A DNA stretch of 64,000 nucleotides from Pelagomonas calceolata (taxonomy: Eukaryota). The stretch is taken from assembly GCA_918797485.1 (NCBI GenBank), contig CAKKNE010000003.1, positions 558,001-622,000 on the forward strand. Direction: 5' to 3'. The notes under the pieces were generated by a model. It saw only the letters and a list, made by a program, of their open reading frames with translations, made no database searches and was not told the origin of the DNA. A program made the translations under genes and the position numbers. The stretch's first letter is position 1, and every line of letters begins with the position of its first letter. This document shows, piece by piece, positions 20,550 through 31,445 of this stretch.

Positions 20550-23096
20550 ATGTACGACCTCGTCCTCTTCGTGTTAGGTGTGGCACTCGCGGAGGTCGCC
20601 ACAACCACCAGATTGAGGGACTGGTCCTGGCACGCTATTATAATCACGCTCATACTCACGATCGTCGCCGTCGCGGGCGCAAGACGAGCGTCGCAGCGAC
20701 AAAGGGACCGGGAGCTCGATCAAGCGGAACGGAAGGGATTCACAAGAGGCTTCAAGGCCTTCAGAGGCGCGGGCAAGGACGAGCTGCGGTGGTTCGACCA
20801 CGCCTTGGAGGTCTTCTACAACCGCTACTGCACGGACGAGCTCCTACTGGCGAATTGGATCCGTTTAACCGTAGAACGGTCCCTGCAGAACCGCGAGCTG
20901 CTCGGAGGCGTCATCTCGGGCGTGACCATCCCGCGGTTCAGCATGGGCGAAAGTCGACTCGTCTGCCACCGCACGACACCGTTTCGGGTAGATAGGCCGG
21001 AGGAGCTCTATCTTGACTTACAGTTAAAATGGTTCTCGGAGTGCCGAGCGAAAGTGGCCTTCGAGTTGCACGCTCTGACGGGTGGTGGCGTCTTCACGTG
21101 CTACATCACGAACGCGTCCTTCGAAGGGACCCTGAGGATAGGCACGACGTTCGTGGACCAGCGGCCCTGGGCCGGCCAGCTCCATTTGTCATTCGTAGAA
21201 ACGCCGAAAGTAGACTTCGACATCGAGGTGCTCAAGGGCTCCGTCACATTACCGTTCGACCTGAAGAAAGTCGTGAGCAGAGCGCTGCACGACACGATGA
21301 CCTGGCCCACCAAAAAATCATTACCCTTCGACGAGTGGTGGGGGCCCAACGCCCTGGAGTTCGAAGGTTCAAAACCAAAAAAACCACCTGCGCTGGGTGT
21401 CTTTCACATTGAAATAGTGGAAGCCAAGGAGCTCATGAAGGCGGGCGCTGGTCGGAAGGTCGGCGTCGGGTCTGCCGACCCCTACGTAAGATGTGATGTG
21501 GACGGTATATCAAAAAGAACCACGGTCATCAGAAAGTCGCAAAACCCGCGCTGGGAAACTCTATTGCATTTGCTGGTGCCGCACCACGACGCTAGGATAC
21601 GGGTGAAAGTTGTTGATGATCAAGTGTTAGGTATAAACGACAAATTGGGGAGCTTCGAGTTCTCGGCGAAGCACCTGACGGCGCCGCGAGCTCTGGTACG
21701 GAGCGAACAACCCGTGTCGAGGGTCGAGCATAGTAACCGGACGCTGCTCAAAGGTCGGGAGAAGCTCGCCGCCTTCTGTCGGAGCCACGTCTTGCGGAGC
21801 CAGGAGGAGACGAAGGAACCCTCGACGCCGCGGCGGACGCCGAAGCGGACGCCATCACGTGAACATTCCATCCTGAAGACCCTTAAGCGTGCCGGGAGCG
21901 GTCCTATCAAGCTCCTAGAAAGGCCGACGGTCGACACGCCGGAGCAGCTCGCTCTGCTGGTGCTGAACCAGCGGCGCGCGCGGAAATGTGATGACGACGG
22001 TAACATAGTAGAGACCGACGTGTCCACGAACGAGCCCTTAGATGTTTGGTTAAGACTCCAGGGCGTGAAAAAAGGCAAACTGAGGACGCGACTGGTCTAC
22101 AGGGACTTTTCACGAGAAGAGTCGGAGCACTCGTTCCTCGCGGCCGTGTACGTGGAAGTCTTGGAAGCCGCCGAGCTCGCGGGGCACAAGGGCAAGAAGC
22201 GCGCGCGCAGCGCCTTTGTAGATATTGAGGTCGGCCGCCAGAAGTACCAGACGGAAACCACCAAAAACGCGAACCATCCGCGGTGGGACGAGGCTGCAAC
22301 GTTCTTCGTGGCCGACCTCGAGACGCCGTCGCTGCGACTCACGGTGAAGGAGGCGGGGGTGGATGCCGCGACGAACCAAGCCACCCGGCTGATCCAGACG
22401 GCGGCCCGGGCGGCGGACTACGCCGCGGGCGCGCACGCGCGCCTGTCCAAGGATGTTGTCTTAGGTGACTTGGTCATTTCCCTATCCTCGGACTTTGGGG
22501 ATAGATGGCTGCCGCTGCAGAACGCTAGATCAGGACGCGTCCACGTCGTCGTCACGCCATTATATCTAGATAGACGTACCTTCCCGGAGCCGCAGAAGCG
22601 GTCCCACGCGTTACTTGACGATGATCATTATCGAAGATCGACGCGGGCCGAGGAGTGGCGGCGCCACGCGCGCGCCAATCCCCGTGCCGCTTTATGGCAG
22701 CCCAAGGAGGACGCCCGGGCGTGCACGCGGTGCAACGCGCGCTTTTCCGACATGTCAAGGTGGAAGCACCACTGCCGGCTTTGTTTGAGAGTCTACTGCC
22801 GGGACTGCTGCCAGAAGCGGACGAAGGTGCCGACGTTCGGCAACAAGACGCCGATGTACGTCTGCCACGACTGCCTGAGGCGGGCGGAGCTCGTGAAGCG
22901 GGGGGAAGCTCGGGCGCGGGACAACGCGTTTCTGGGCGGTGCGGACGAGAGTCCGGCGAAAGTTGCGGTCAAGGTCGACGAGGCGCCGCCGCCGCCCGCG
23001 CCGGGGCTGCTTGGTCGTATGCTGAGCCGCCGCGAGGTCGCCGCGCCGCCGCCCGCGGGGCAAGCCCCACTCGAACTGCAGGCGGCCGTTTTGTAG
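20550..23096 (+). CDS. extended-synaptotagmin-like TM-SMP-C2-C2 protein with C-terminal FYVE finger
   Basis: Two N-terminal hydrophobic helices; SMP-like region (ELRWF..FEGTLRI..LSFVETPKVDF..MTWP); two C2 domains (ADPYV..NPRWE, HPRWDE); FYVE WQP..CTRC..KHHCRLC..CRDC..VCHDC. Confidence 0.85.
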   Translation: MYDLVLFVLGVALAEVATTTRLRDWSWHAIIITLILTIVAVAGARRASQRQRDRELDQAERKGFTRGFKAFRGAGKDELRWFDHALEVFYNRYCTDELLLANWIRLTVERSLQNRELLGGVISGVTIPRFSMGESRLVCHRTTPFRVDRPEELYLDLQLKWFSECRAKVAFELHALTGGGVFTCYITNASFEGTLRIGTTFVDQRPWAGQLHLSFVETPKVDFDIEVLKGSVTLPFDLKKVVSRALHDTMTWPTKKSLPFDEWWGPNALEFEGSKPKKPPALGVFHIEIVEAKELMKAGAGRKVGVGSADPYVRCDVDGISKRTTVIRKSQNPRWETLLHLLVPHHDARIRVKVVDDQVLGINDKLGSFEFSAKHLTAPRALVRSEQPVSRVEHSNRTLLKGREKLAAFCRSHVLRSQEETKEPSTPRRTPKRTPSREHSILKTLKRAGSGPIKLLERPTVDTPEQLALLVLNQRRARKCDDDGNIVETDVSTNEPLDVWLRLQGVKKGKLRTRLVYRDFSREESEHSFLAAVYVEVLEAAELAGHKGKKRARSAFVDIEVGRQKYQTETTKNANHPRWDEAATFFVADLETPSLRLTVKEAGVDAATNQATRLIQTAARAADYAAGAHARLSKDVVLGDLVISLSSDFGDRWLPLQNARSGRVHVVVTPLYLDRRTFPEPQKRSHALLDDDHYRRSTRAEEWRRHARANPRAALWQPKEDARACTRCNARFSDMSRWKHHCRLCLRVYCRDCCQKRTKVPTFGNKTPMYVCHDCLRRAELVKRGEARARDNAFLGGADESPAKVAVKVDEAPPPPAPGLLGRMLSRREVAAPPPAGQAPLELQAAVL

Positions 23097-23210
23097 CTTC
23101 CTCTTGTGTTGCCGCGGCATGGCGTGGAGGTTGAGATACCCCACGCCATCGACGCGATGTTTCCCCGACGACGCCGCGTCGATCTGTGCTGTGTTCTTTA
23201 ACTCTACGTT

Positions 23211-24020
23211 TTACTCACCCGAGTCATCGGCTGGCCGCCTCCAGACAAACACCTGGAAGCTGCTCCCCTCGTAGGACTGGACCGTGGGCACCGTGACTGA
23301 TTCGAAGCCCGCGGCGCCGCAGTGGCGTTCGAGCGTCTCCTGGGACCGCCAGGCGACCCAGGCTCTCGTTTCCTTCGAGCGGGCCTGGGACCAGCCCTCG
23401 GCGTCCTTGCCGAGCGGCGCGGAAATGAGTAGGACTCCGCCCGGCCGGAGGCACGCGTAGATGTTTGTGAGCGCGTTCGGCAGGGCAGGCGTCGGGACGT
23501 GGTGGAGAGAAGCATTGGCGAAGGCGCCGTCAAAAGCGCGCTCAGGCAAGTCTAAGGCGCACAAGTCCTGCGCCTCGAAGGCCGCCTCGGGAAAGCGCTC
23601 CCGCGCCACCGTCAGCATGCCCTCGGACGCGTCGACGCCGAGGTACTCAATACCCCGCTCGTCGAAGGCTGGATAATCGCGGCCGGCGCCGCAGCCTAGA
23701 TCGACGACTCGTCGCCGCGCGTCCCGCCGCGCCGCCGCGAGCGCATTTCGTGCCTCGACCATGTTCTCGTCCTCTTCGTCGAGTCCAGCATCTTCTAGTT
23801 TCTTGATGTGCACATTTATCGTTGGTATCAGCTCCTCGGCCTCACGCCTTCTTCGATCCTCCGCCACGCCGCGCGGCATCGCCGCCAGCAGCAGCTCGAC
23901 GTGCTCGGCGCTCGCGTGGCGGTTCATTTTGCTGTATTGTGCCGCGACGGAGTCGTATTCATGCTTTGTTTGCTCTACTGCTTCCTGCGTCTTGTCATCT
24001 TCATCGACAATGGGGTCCAT
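23211..24020 (-). CDS. class I SAM-dependent methyltransferase
   Basis: VVDLGCGAGRD, GVDASEGML, FDGAFANASLHHV and LRPGG motifs. Confidence 0.85.
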   Translation of the reverse strand: MDPIVDEDDKTQEAVEQTKHEYDSVAAQYSKMNRHASAEHVELLLAAMPRGVAEDRRRREAEELIPTINVHIKKLEDAGLDEEDENMVEARNALAAARRDARRRVVDLGCGAGRDYPAFDERGIEYLGVDASEGMLTVARERFPEAAFEAQDLCALDLPERAFDGAFANASLHHVPTPALPNALTNIYACLRPGGVLLISAPLGKDAEGWSQARSKETRAWVAWRSQETLERHCGAAGFESVTVPTVQSYEGSSFQVFVWRRPADDSGE

Positions 24021-24528
24021 GCTTGGGCAGCCCTGGAGGGCAGCCTGTGCTGGCTCCGCGTCCGTTCGCGGTCACTGTTGGTATGCCGTGTTCGTCGCGT
24101 TCGCTTACGTGGTTTGGCGCCCCACGGGCAGCGTTCCCTGTCGTCGAGGCGCTGCAGAGTCTGATCCACTCGAGAGCTCATTCGAACACGGGTTTTTCGG
24201 GCGGCGGATTCCAGCGCTTCTATCAATGAGAAGAGGCGTCTCCGTCATAACGCGAGACCGGTGGCTCGTCTGGTTCGTCGGCCTCAGCTTTGAGTTATAT
24301 CTGCGCTCTGGAGTTGCCAAACACTCTGCACTCATCGCCCAGTCAGACATTTTACCGATTGGTGCTATCGCGAGGTACTTCACTCTCGCATTACTTCACG
24401 CTCGAAGTTTGGTGGCGCAGGGAGCCCGTCAAGAGCAACACGAAAAGTCGGCCTGTTGCCGCGCAGGAAAAAACTCGTGACGCCGCAAGCTACGAGATCC
24501 GTGACCGCTTAACGACTCTCCTGAGATC

Positions 24529-25044
24529 ATGAGCACGTCGGCCAAACAAGTGGAGGCCGCCAAGAAGACCGCCGAGGCCGTCTGGGTCGTCGAGCACGCG
24601 ACGCGGTGCCCCGACAACGGCTGCGGCGTCGCCGGCTGCGCCAAGGCCCGGGCCGCGTTGACGTGCCTTGCGACGCGCACCGTGACGGCCTCTGTCTCGG
24701 TCTCCGACATCGACGCCGTGCGAAGCGTGCTCTCGCACCGCGCCCTCTGCCCATGGGCGCGGCCCCGGGGGTGCGCTACTACTCGCGAGGAGCCGTGCCT
24801 CGTCTGCGTCCTCGCGAGCCGCGCGCGCTGCGTGTCGTCCGGAGACGGCTTGGTGCTCGACTTCAGCAAGCGCTCGCCGAACGACGCCGGCTGCTTCACG
24901 GCGCCGCGGGCGCGCGCCGTCACCGTGGCACCCGTCGCGTGGGAGCCGTCGCCGGACGCGCCGAAGAACCTGCCCAAGTCGCCCTCGTTCAACGCCGCCG
25001 CCGCGTCGCTGATGAGCCTCTCCGCGGCGCCGATCGCGTGCTGA
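24529..25044 (+). CDS. Cys/His-rich protein, TAZ-zinc-finger-like
   Basis: EHATRCPDNGCGVAGC...SHRALC...GC...CLVC spacing. Confidence 0.45.
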   Translation: MSTSAKQVEAAKKTAEAVWVVEHATRCPDNGCGVAGCAKARAALTCLATRTVTASVSVSDIDAVRSVLSHRALCPWARPRGCATTREEPCLVCVLASRARCVSSGDGLVLDFSKRSPNDAGCFTAPRARAVTVAPVAWEPSPDAPKNLPKSPSFNAAAASLMSLSAAPIAC

Positions 25045-25205
25045 ACGATCCGTGTTGCCATCGCCTACCCCTCGTGCCCTACTGCCCTACGATCCGGGAA
25101 TCACCTCCCCCCACCCCAAGGTATCGACCATAATCCTCTTTTTGAATGAATCCGGGAATCCGGGAATACGATAAAGCAATTTGCACCCGTTTTGACCCCC
25201 TTTTG

Positions 25206-25206
<1 letters not shown>

Positions 25207-25249
<43 letters not shown>
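25207..25249 (+). repeat. poly(T)43 tract
   Basis: Counted directly; abuts the truncated ABCG reading frame. Confidence 0.95.
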
Positions 25250-26524
25250 CGCCTGTCCGTCGCGCTGGAGCTCTGCGGCGACCCCTCGTTGTTTCTGGAC
25301 GAGCCCACCAGTGGCCTGGACGCCGTCGCGACGATGTCGCTCGTGCGGTCGCTGCAAGCGCTCGCGAGGCGCGGCGTGTGTTGCGTCGCGGTGATCCACC
25401 AGCCCTCGGCGGCGGCGTTCTTCGCGTTCGATCGCTTGCTGCTGCTACGGGCGGGCGGGTCGCTGGTCTACGAAGGACCCGTCGCCCCGGGCGCCCAGCC
25501 CGCGAAGATGCTCGCGGACATCGGGCGGCCGGTCCACGAGCTCGCAAACCCGGCGGACGCGATGTTCGACGCTCTTACGGAGGATCCCGACGCGCTCACG
25601 AAGGCGGCTCCCGAAGCACCGCCGCTGCCGCCACCGCCGCCGCCTATTTCAACGTCGGGCCCGCGCTACGCGCTCTCGCTGCCGGGCCAGATCCGGGCCC
25701 ACTGCGTGCGGAACGCGCGCGCGATGGTCAGGGAACCGATCTTAGCGCGCATGCGCATCGGCTCCGCGGTGGGCGTCTCGATCGTGTTGTCGATTCTGTA
25801 TGGCGAATTGGACTCAAATTTCGAAGGCATCAACAGCACGATCAGTCTGCTTTTATTTACGATGGTCTTCCTCGCCCTGACGAGCGCGCTGCCCGTCGTG
25901 CTGAGCGTGCTGCCGGAGATCCACGTGACCCAGAAGGAGGTGCGGAACTGCTGGTACCGGCCCACCAGTTACACTCCCGCGAAGTTCATTGTCGAGACGC
26001 CCCTACTCGTCATACCGCCTTTGCTCTACCTGGCCATCGTGGGCAACGTGACGGGCCTCACGCGCGGCAACAACGGTGCGCGGTTTATACGGGTCTACCT
26101 CGCGTGCCTCGCGACGGTGGTATGCACGAATTCGTGGTCATTCCTCCTGTCCAGCGTCGCGCCGACGATGCAATTGGCGGTGCTGAGTGCTCCCGGTTCG
26201 ATCATGCCCATGATGCTGCTGTCGGGATTTTTCGTGAACCAGCGCGACATGACGTGGGTATTTAGATGGGCGACTTATATCGACTACCTGAACTACGTCT
26301 GGCAGGCGCTCGCGATCGCCGGGTTGCAGGATCGAACCTACAACGCGCCGCCGGGCGCGGGTTTGGACACGGGCGAGCAGGTCCTCAAAACGAGGTTGAA
26401 GCTGCCCGACTACACGGGCAGCTGGAAGAAGAACTACTGGGTGAACATCGGCATCCTGGCCGGATTCATCCTCTTCTTCCGCGCCGCCGCGGTGGTGGTC
26501 GTCGCGCGGCGCCTCTCCCGCTAG
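25250..26524 (+). CDS. 5'-truncated ABCG (White-type) half transporter
   Basis: Begins abruptly at RLSVALELCGDPSLFLDEPTSGLD; IHQPS H-loop, NPAD and ABC2 membrane domain (LSGFF). Walker A and the signature motif are missing. Confidence 0.85.
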   Translation, partial: RLSVALELCGDPSLFLDEPTSGLDAVATMSLVRSLQALARRGVCCVAVIHQPSAAAFFAFDRLLLLRAGGSLVYEGPVAPGAQPAKMLADIGRPVHELANPADAMFDALTEDPDALTKAAPEAPPLPPPPPPISTSGPRYALSLPGQIRAHCVRNARAMVREPILARMRIGSAVGVSIVLSILYGELDSNFEGINSTISLLLFTMVFLALTSALPVVLSVLPEIHVTQKEVRNCWYRPTSYTPAKFIVETPLLVIPPLLYLAIVGNVTGLTRGNNGARFIRVYLACLATVVCTNSWSFLLSSVAPTMQLAVLSAPGSIMPMMLLSGFFVNQRDMTWVFRWATYIDYLNYVWQALAIAGLQDRTYNAPPGAGLDTGEQVLKTRLKLPDYTGSWKKNYWVNIGILAGFILFFRAAAVVVVARRLSR

Positions 26525-26569
26525 CAGCGACGGGCGTTATACTACGGTGATAAGTGTGTGGACTACTAA

Positions 26570-27286
26570 CTAGGTGTACTTGACCCCCCCCATGAACGCG
26601 CGCGGGTCGGGGACTTGCCCGTTGAATTCGGCAGACCTAAAGTCGAAGCCGGGATGCTCCTCCTGAAACCTTTCGATCATGAGCTCGCGCTGGATCTCCT
26701 GGCGCGTGAAGGGGTCGACCTGGCCCCTTCCACCTAAGGCCGTGCCCCACGTTTCTCCTTTTCTCATTTTCGACATGGCCACCGTGATCTCGCCGTCGAC
26801 CATGTAGAAGTGCGACTCTTTGGCGACGATGGGCCCGCCCGTCGGCTCGTCCAGGAACGGCGGGTTGCCCCTTAACCCAAGTCGTAAATGCGACGGCGTC
26901 AGCTTGCAGTCGATCATGTCCGGCGTTACTCCAGGAGGCGGCTTCACATAGATGTTGACATCCTCCAAGCTCTGGTCCCATTCATAAATCAATCGACCTT
27001 CGTGCTTGAACTGGTAGCGGCCGACCTCGCTGCCCTTGGGCGTCAGCGAGCCCACCGACCGGACGCCGCCCTTGGCGTCCATGACGTGGCCGTCGGGCCC
27101 GGCGGCCTCGCGCGTGCGCGCGACGTTGCCGCCCTTGACTTCATTCGTCATCGTCGGCTTCGTGTACTGCGCGCCCTCGGGGATGCCTTGGGGGTCGAGC
27201 TTCTGTTGTGGCGGTGCGGGTGCCGGCGCGTCGTCGTCGCTGTCGTCCAGATTATCAAATTTGCTGTAGTCCGCGAGGCGCGACAT
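26570..27286 (-). CDS. NUDC: NudC family (CS/p23 domain) co-chaperone
   Basis: YEWDQSLEDVNIY, LMIERFQEEHPGFDFRSAEFNGQVPDPRAFMGG; N-terminal DYSKFDNLDDSDD. Confidence 0.85.
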   Translation of the reverse strand: MSRLADYSKFDNLDDSDDDAPAPAPPQQKLDPQGIPEGAQYTKPTMTNEVKGGNVARTREAAGPDGHVMDAKGGVRSVGSLTPKGSEVGRYQFKHEGRLIYEWDQSLEDVNIYVKPPPGVTPDMIDCKLTPSHLRLGLRGNPPFLDEPTGGPIVAKESHFYMVDGEITVAMSKMRKGETWGTALGGRGQVDPFTRQEIQRELMIERFQEEHPGFDFRSAEFNGQVPDPRAFMGGVKYT

Positions 27287-27465
27287 CTCTTGCACGGCAG
27301 TGAGCTCTATACAGAGAGCAAATTTGAGCCGGCAGCGATGCTCGAAACTTGCGTGAGCTCGCGTGGACAGTCGCAGCGATGCGTTAAACAGCCTGAGCAC
27401 GTCTATGGCCCACAATTGCGTGAGCACGCGGCCCGAGCGCGGCACGATTTCGCAAGCAATAGCTA

Positions 27466-27489
27466 GCTAGAGGCTGTAAGACACTAGCA
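27466..27489. promoter_or_regulatory. conserved intergenic CTAG-pair element, copy 8
   Basis: GCTAGAGGCTGTAAGACACTAGCA between divergent starts at 27286(-) and 27690(+). Confidence 0.75.
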
Positions 27490-27689
27490 GCGTCAGGATG
27501 CGTCGCGCGAATACGCAAAAGCGCCCATCTTTCATGTAGGCCACCTCGAGTTTTGAATCCGTGCACCCGTACGGGCTCTCCGCCAATGTGATGCTCTGTG
27601 GCAGCTCAGATTTCAAGGCTGCCCCCGCCCTCCCGCTGGACCAGGCTGCCAAAACCTCTGCTCCCGGCCAAACCCTTGCTGCCGAGGCG

Positions 27690-28157
27690 ATGAGCGACCT
27701 GCTCTGCCCCTTTTTCGACGCTTGCCAAAGCGAGGAGCAATCGGACAGCGAGGAGGCGACGTCGCCGCGCGGCTCCGAGTACTCCTTTAGTCTCCTCTTC
27801 CGAGGCGAGAGCGCCGACGAGCCGGCGACGCCGGGCGCACGGTCGCCCGGCGCGCTCTCCGACTACGTCTTCGGCGGCGGCGGCACGCCGGCCGCGACGC
27901 CCCGCCGGAGCCTCTTCGCCAGCGACGCAGACGCCAAGGAGCCCGCGGCAAAGCCTTGGTTTGCGACGTCGACCGCACCACAGAACGTCCCGCCGCCCAA
28001 ACAAAAATCGACAACGCAATGCGTTCTTGAAGCCGTGGGCCTGGCCGCGCCCGAGCCTGAGCCCGAGCCAAAGTCCCGGACACGAGCCGTGCTCGAAGCC
28101 ACTGGCCTCGTTTCGCCGGCGCCGGAACCCAAGGAGGAGAGCGCGAGCTACTTCTGA
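27690..28157 (+). CDS. low-complexity hypothetical protein
   Basis: ATG-initiated ORF with a duplicated K(S)xTxxVLEAxGL..PEP segment. Confidence 0.5.
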   Translation: MSDLLCPFFDACQSEEQSDSEEATSPRGSEYSFSLLFRGESADEPATPGARSPGALSDYVFGGGGTPAATPRRSLFASDADAKEPAAKPWFATSTAPQNVPPPKQKSTTQCVLEAVGLAAPEPEPEPKSRTRAVLEATGLVSPAPEPKEESASYF

Positions 28158-28170
28158 CTAACACATTCCA

Positions 28171-29427
28171 CTAACTTAAATCATCACGAGAGACCCCGAG
28201 GCACGCCCGCGCCGCGACCTCGACGGTCGGCCCGTCGCCGCACGTCGGCCTGAGACACGCGCCCGGCGCCTCGCACGCGACGGCGCGCCGCGCGCCCTGC
28301 CTCTCGTCCTTGACGCGCTCCAGCACGCGCCAGACGCGGTCGAAGAGCGCCGTGCGGTCGAGGCAGTTCGCCGCGAAGGCGTCGAAGACCGCCGGCGCCG
28401 CCGCCGTCGCGTTGAGCGCCCACGATTGAAAGGCGGCGATCAGGTTTCGGCGCGAATCCCGCCACGAGACCGCACCCACAAATGGCTGGCAAGCGACCGC
28501 TCCTGCCAGGTTCGCCTCGAGCGACGCGAAGACTGGCCGCCCCGCCCTCAAAGCTTCGGTGGGAACGCGCGGGTTCCGGTCGTGGAGCGGGAAGGCGACG
28601 GCGACGTCGGCCGCGCAGTAGGCCCCCTGGACGTCGTCGACGCGGCCGTGGAATGTAGATGAGAGGTTCATCGCGTCGAGCACGCCTCGGAGGCGCGCCG
28701 AGTAGTTGCCGCGGTCCGCGCCGTAGAAGTGCCACGAGAAGCGCCGCACAAAATCCAACCCCGCGGCCTTGTCGAACTTCTGGAAGAACGATAAAGGTAC
28801 CTTCGTGGGCTGCACGGAGCCCACGAACGCCGCGCGGCACGCGGGCGCGCCCGCGTATTGGTATGGTGGCGCCGCCAGCGCCGCAGCGCATTTTGAGGAA
28901 GGCGGCCGCGCGCAGGGCTTCATTTTTAAAGGAGGCTTCACTGTTTTGAGGAAGGACATGACCACGTCCACGAGTGACCCCCACATCTCTTCGCGCTTCG
29001 TCGTATGACCCTCGCTGATGGGCACGTTGGTGACGAGGCTCGCGTTCGCCGTGAGACGGTAGAACTCGCGCAGGGCGTCGCTGTCCCTCCCGGAGCCGAC
29101 GCCCAGCGCGTGGTCGAGGTTTAGTTGAGCGAGCGCATTCCTGGACACGCATTCATCCACAGGGCACAGGCGGCACGCGCACATTTTATTTGAACGCAGG
29201 GCCTCGGGCGAGCACACAACAACTGAGGATCCGTAGGCATCCACCAGGCCCTCTCTCCAACTCTTGGGCGCGGCCCAGCACGCGCGCGGCGCGCTCGTCT
29301 CGTCTTTTGCTCCCGGGATCGCCATGTAGGCCAGCTTCGGCGGCGCGGCGGCTGCTGGTTTTTTGTGTTTGTGGCCGCGCTTGGTTGAGGCGACCGCGGC
29401 GGTGGCGAGGAGGAGGATGCGGAGCAT
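28171..29427 (-). CDS. secreted GT-B fold (GT4-like) glycosyltransferase
   Basis: Signal peptide MLRILLLATAAVA; FHGRVDDVQGAYCAADVAV...EALRAGRPVFAS. Confidence 0.65.
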   Translation of the reverse strand: MLRILLLATAAVASTKRGHKHKKPAAAAPPKLAYMAIPGAKDETSAPRACWAAPKSWREGLVDAYGSSVVVCSPEALRSNKMCACRLCPVDECVSRNALAQLNLDHALGVGSGRDSDALREFYRLTANASLVTNVPISEGHTTKREEMWGSLVDVVMSFLKTVKPPLKMKPCARPPSSKCAAALAAPPYQYAGAPACRAAFVGSVQPTKVPLSFFQKFDKAAGLDFVRRFSWHFYGADRGNYSARLRGVLDAMNLSSTFHGRVDDVQGAYCAADVAVAFPLHDRNPRVPTEALRAGRPVFASLEANLAGAVACQPFVGAVSWRDSRRNLIAAFQSWALNATAAAPAVFDAFAANCLDRTALFDRVWRVLERVKDERQGARRAVACEAPGACLRPTCGDGPTVEVAARACLGVSRDDLS

Positions 29428-29717
29428 TTGCTGCTATGGTCTAGTCATGCCGTGGGGCTGCTCTACCATCATGCCGTGGTACAGAATGTATCGTGCGCCA
29501 TATATGCGGCAGCCCCTCGCACTTGTAAATTCTTTGACGTCGGGAATAAGCTAGTATGTCTACACACGCTAATTCCGGCCTCAACTCGCGCGCGCAGCGA
29601 TATAAGACGCTGCAGACGCCATCGATGCGACATTAAATCATTAGCATTGGTCTGCGTCGTAGCTGCATCACTCACGCTTGCTCACACCTGCAACAAATGT
29701 CCCTACTGCATAAGGCG

Positions 29718-31026
29718 ATGATGCTCCTGACAATCGCGCGCGCGCGAGGCTTTGCTGCACGCGCCGCGGTGCGCGCGCCGACGACGCGCCTGATGAGCGC
29801 TGCGGCGTGGGAAGCCCTGGGCCTCAACAGCGATATGAGCGATCTCGTTTCAAAACAGTGGCCCGAGCGAACGCCGTCCAGTCCAGCGGGCGCTGCCCGC
29901 TCTTTTAAAGCAGGAAGACGACGCCGTCGTGGGTGCCGAGACCGGGAGCGGCAAGACCCTGGCCTATCTATTACCGGCGGCGCAGCGCCGTCGCGAATCG
30001 ACGGAAGCACACGCCCTACCCCGCGGCGCTGGTGCTCGTGCCGAACCGCGAGCTCGGGACGCAGTTGCGGCGGGTGGCGGCGCGACTCGGCGCGGACACG
30101 CAGCCGCCGTTCACCGACGAAAGCAAGCTCTTCTCGCTCGAGGCGCGCCACGGCGGCGCGCTGGCGCGCTGGCCCTACGCGCCGGGCAAGGCGCCCGACG
30201 TTCTGGTCGCGACGCCGTCCTTCGCCGCGGCCTTTGATCGAGATCTGGACCTGTGGGAGGGCCTGTCGACCCTTGGTGCTGGACGAGGCGGACATGCTCT
30301 TGGACGGTGGCTTCAAGAAGCAGCTGGACCGGTGTTTAGTGGCACTGAAACGCGTCGAGCGGAGGAGGGAAGGCAATGACGATCTCGTGGAGGACGTGCC
30401 GGAGCGGTGCCGCCGCGTCGTCGTCGCCGCGACGCTGCCCAACCAGGGGCTGCGAAGCGTCGACGGCCTGGTGACAAAGTGCCAGCGAACGCGACGCGAT
30501 GCGCGGATTTGCCGATGCACGGCGTCGTCTCGACCCTAGAACATGTGTTTGAAAGTGTACAAAGTGATGACGAGCGCGACGCGAAATTGAATGACTTGCT
30601 CGAGAGCACGGAACGGACGATGGTCTTCTGCAAGACGGCGAACCGCGCTTCTGCAGTTTCAGAGCGGCTCGCTTTGGGTGGTATTGCGGCGGCGCCCTAC
30701 ACGAAGGACGTCGACCCGGAGCGGCGCCTGGCCACTTTGGATTTGTTTGCCTCGGCCAAGATTAATGTCCTCGTATGCACGGACCTGGCCGCGCGCGGGC
30801 TGGACCTGCCGGAAGTCGGGTGGTGCAGTACGACGACGCGACGGACGCCGTCAGCCACCTGCACCGTGTTGGGAGGGCGGCGCGCGCGGCGCCGCTGCTA
30901 GTGCCGTCTCGTTCGTCGATTCTTTCCAATACGGACCTCGTGGCGGCGCTCGAGCGCGGCGACACGGTCGAGAACGCGTTTTCGCGGAGGCGGGGGCTGC
31001 GGAAGCTGCGTAAGGAGCGGGTTTAG
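29718..31026 (+). CDS. organellar DEAD-box RNA helicase (several frameshifts in this sequence)
   Basis: Motifs AETGSGKT, PNREL, VATP, LDEADMLL, AATL, TDLAARGLD and HRVGRAAR are spread over different frames. Confidence 0.85.
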
Positions 31027-31445
31027 TCTTTTTGTTGTTTTTTCGTGGCGCGGCGCGCTTTTTTGTCGACGAACACGCCGTGCCGCCGCTACTCGCCGAT
31101 ACCCGTAAGGGGTTTTGCTACTACCAGTATCCTGGGATGGCATGGATGTCTCCGTGCGCCACGCGTAGGAACCTGTGTTGGCAGCCCTCAGACAAGCTTT
31201 TTGTGGGCCTGATAGTGCCCGCTAAAGACCAAGCGCTGCTGCCAAGCCGTGAAAGTAGAGCCGTCAGTACCTGTTCTCAGCAACCGAGTTGAAAACTCTG
31301 AGCTCTAAGCCCCAGCACACGTAAAACACACCCGGAGCTTTATCCCAGCAGGCATCCGAGCGCGAACGGCGGACGCATTCTTGTCCTCTGCGTTCTCTGC
31401 GCTGTCGACGCACTAAGAAAAGAACGCGCGCACACACTGTGCGGA

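Noticed and set aside
25079..25547. Poly-Lys and poly-Phe ORFs
   Set aside because: They are simply translations of the poly(T)43 tract.
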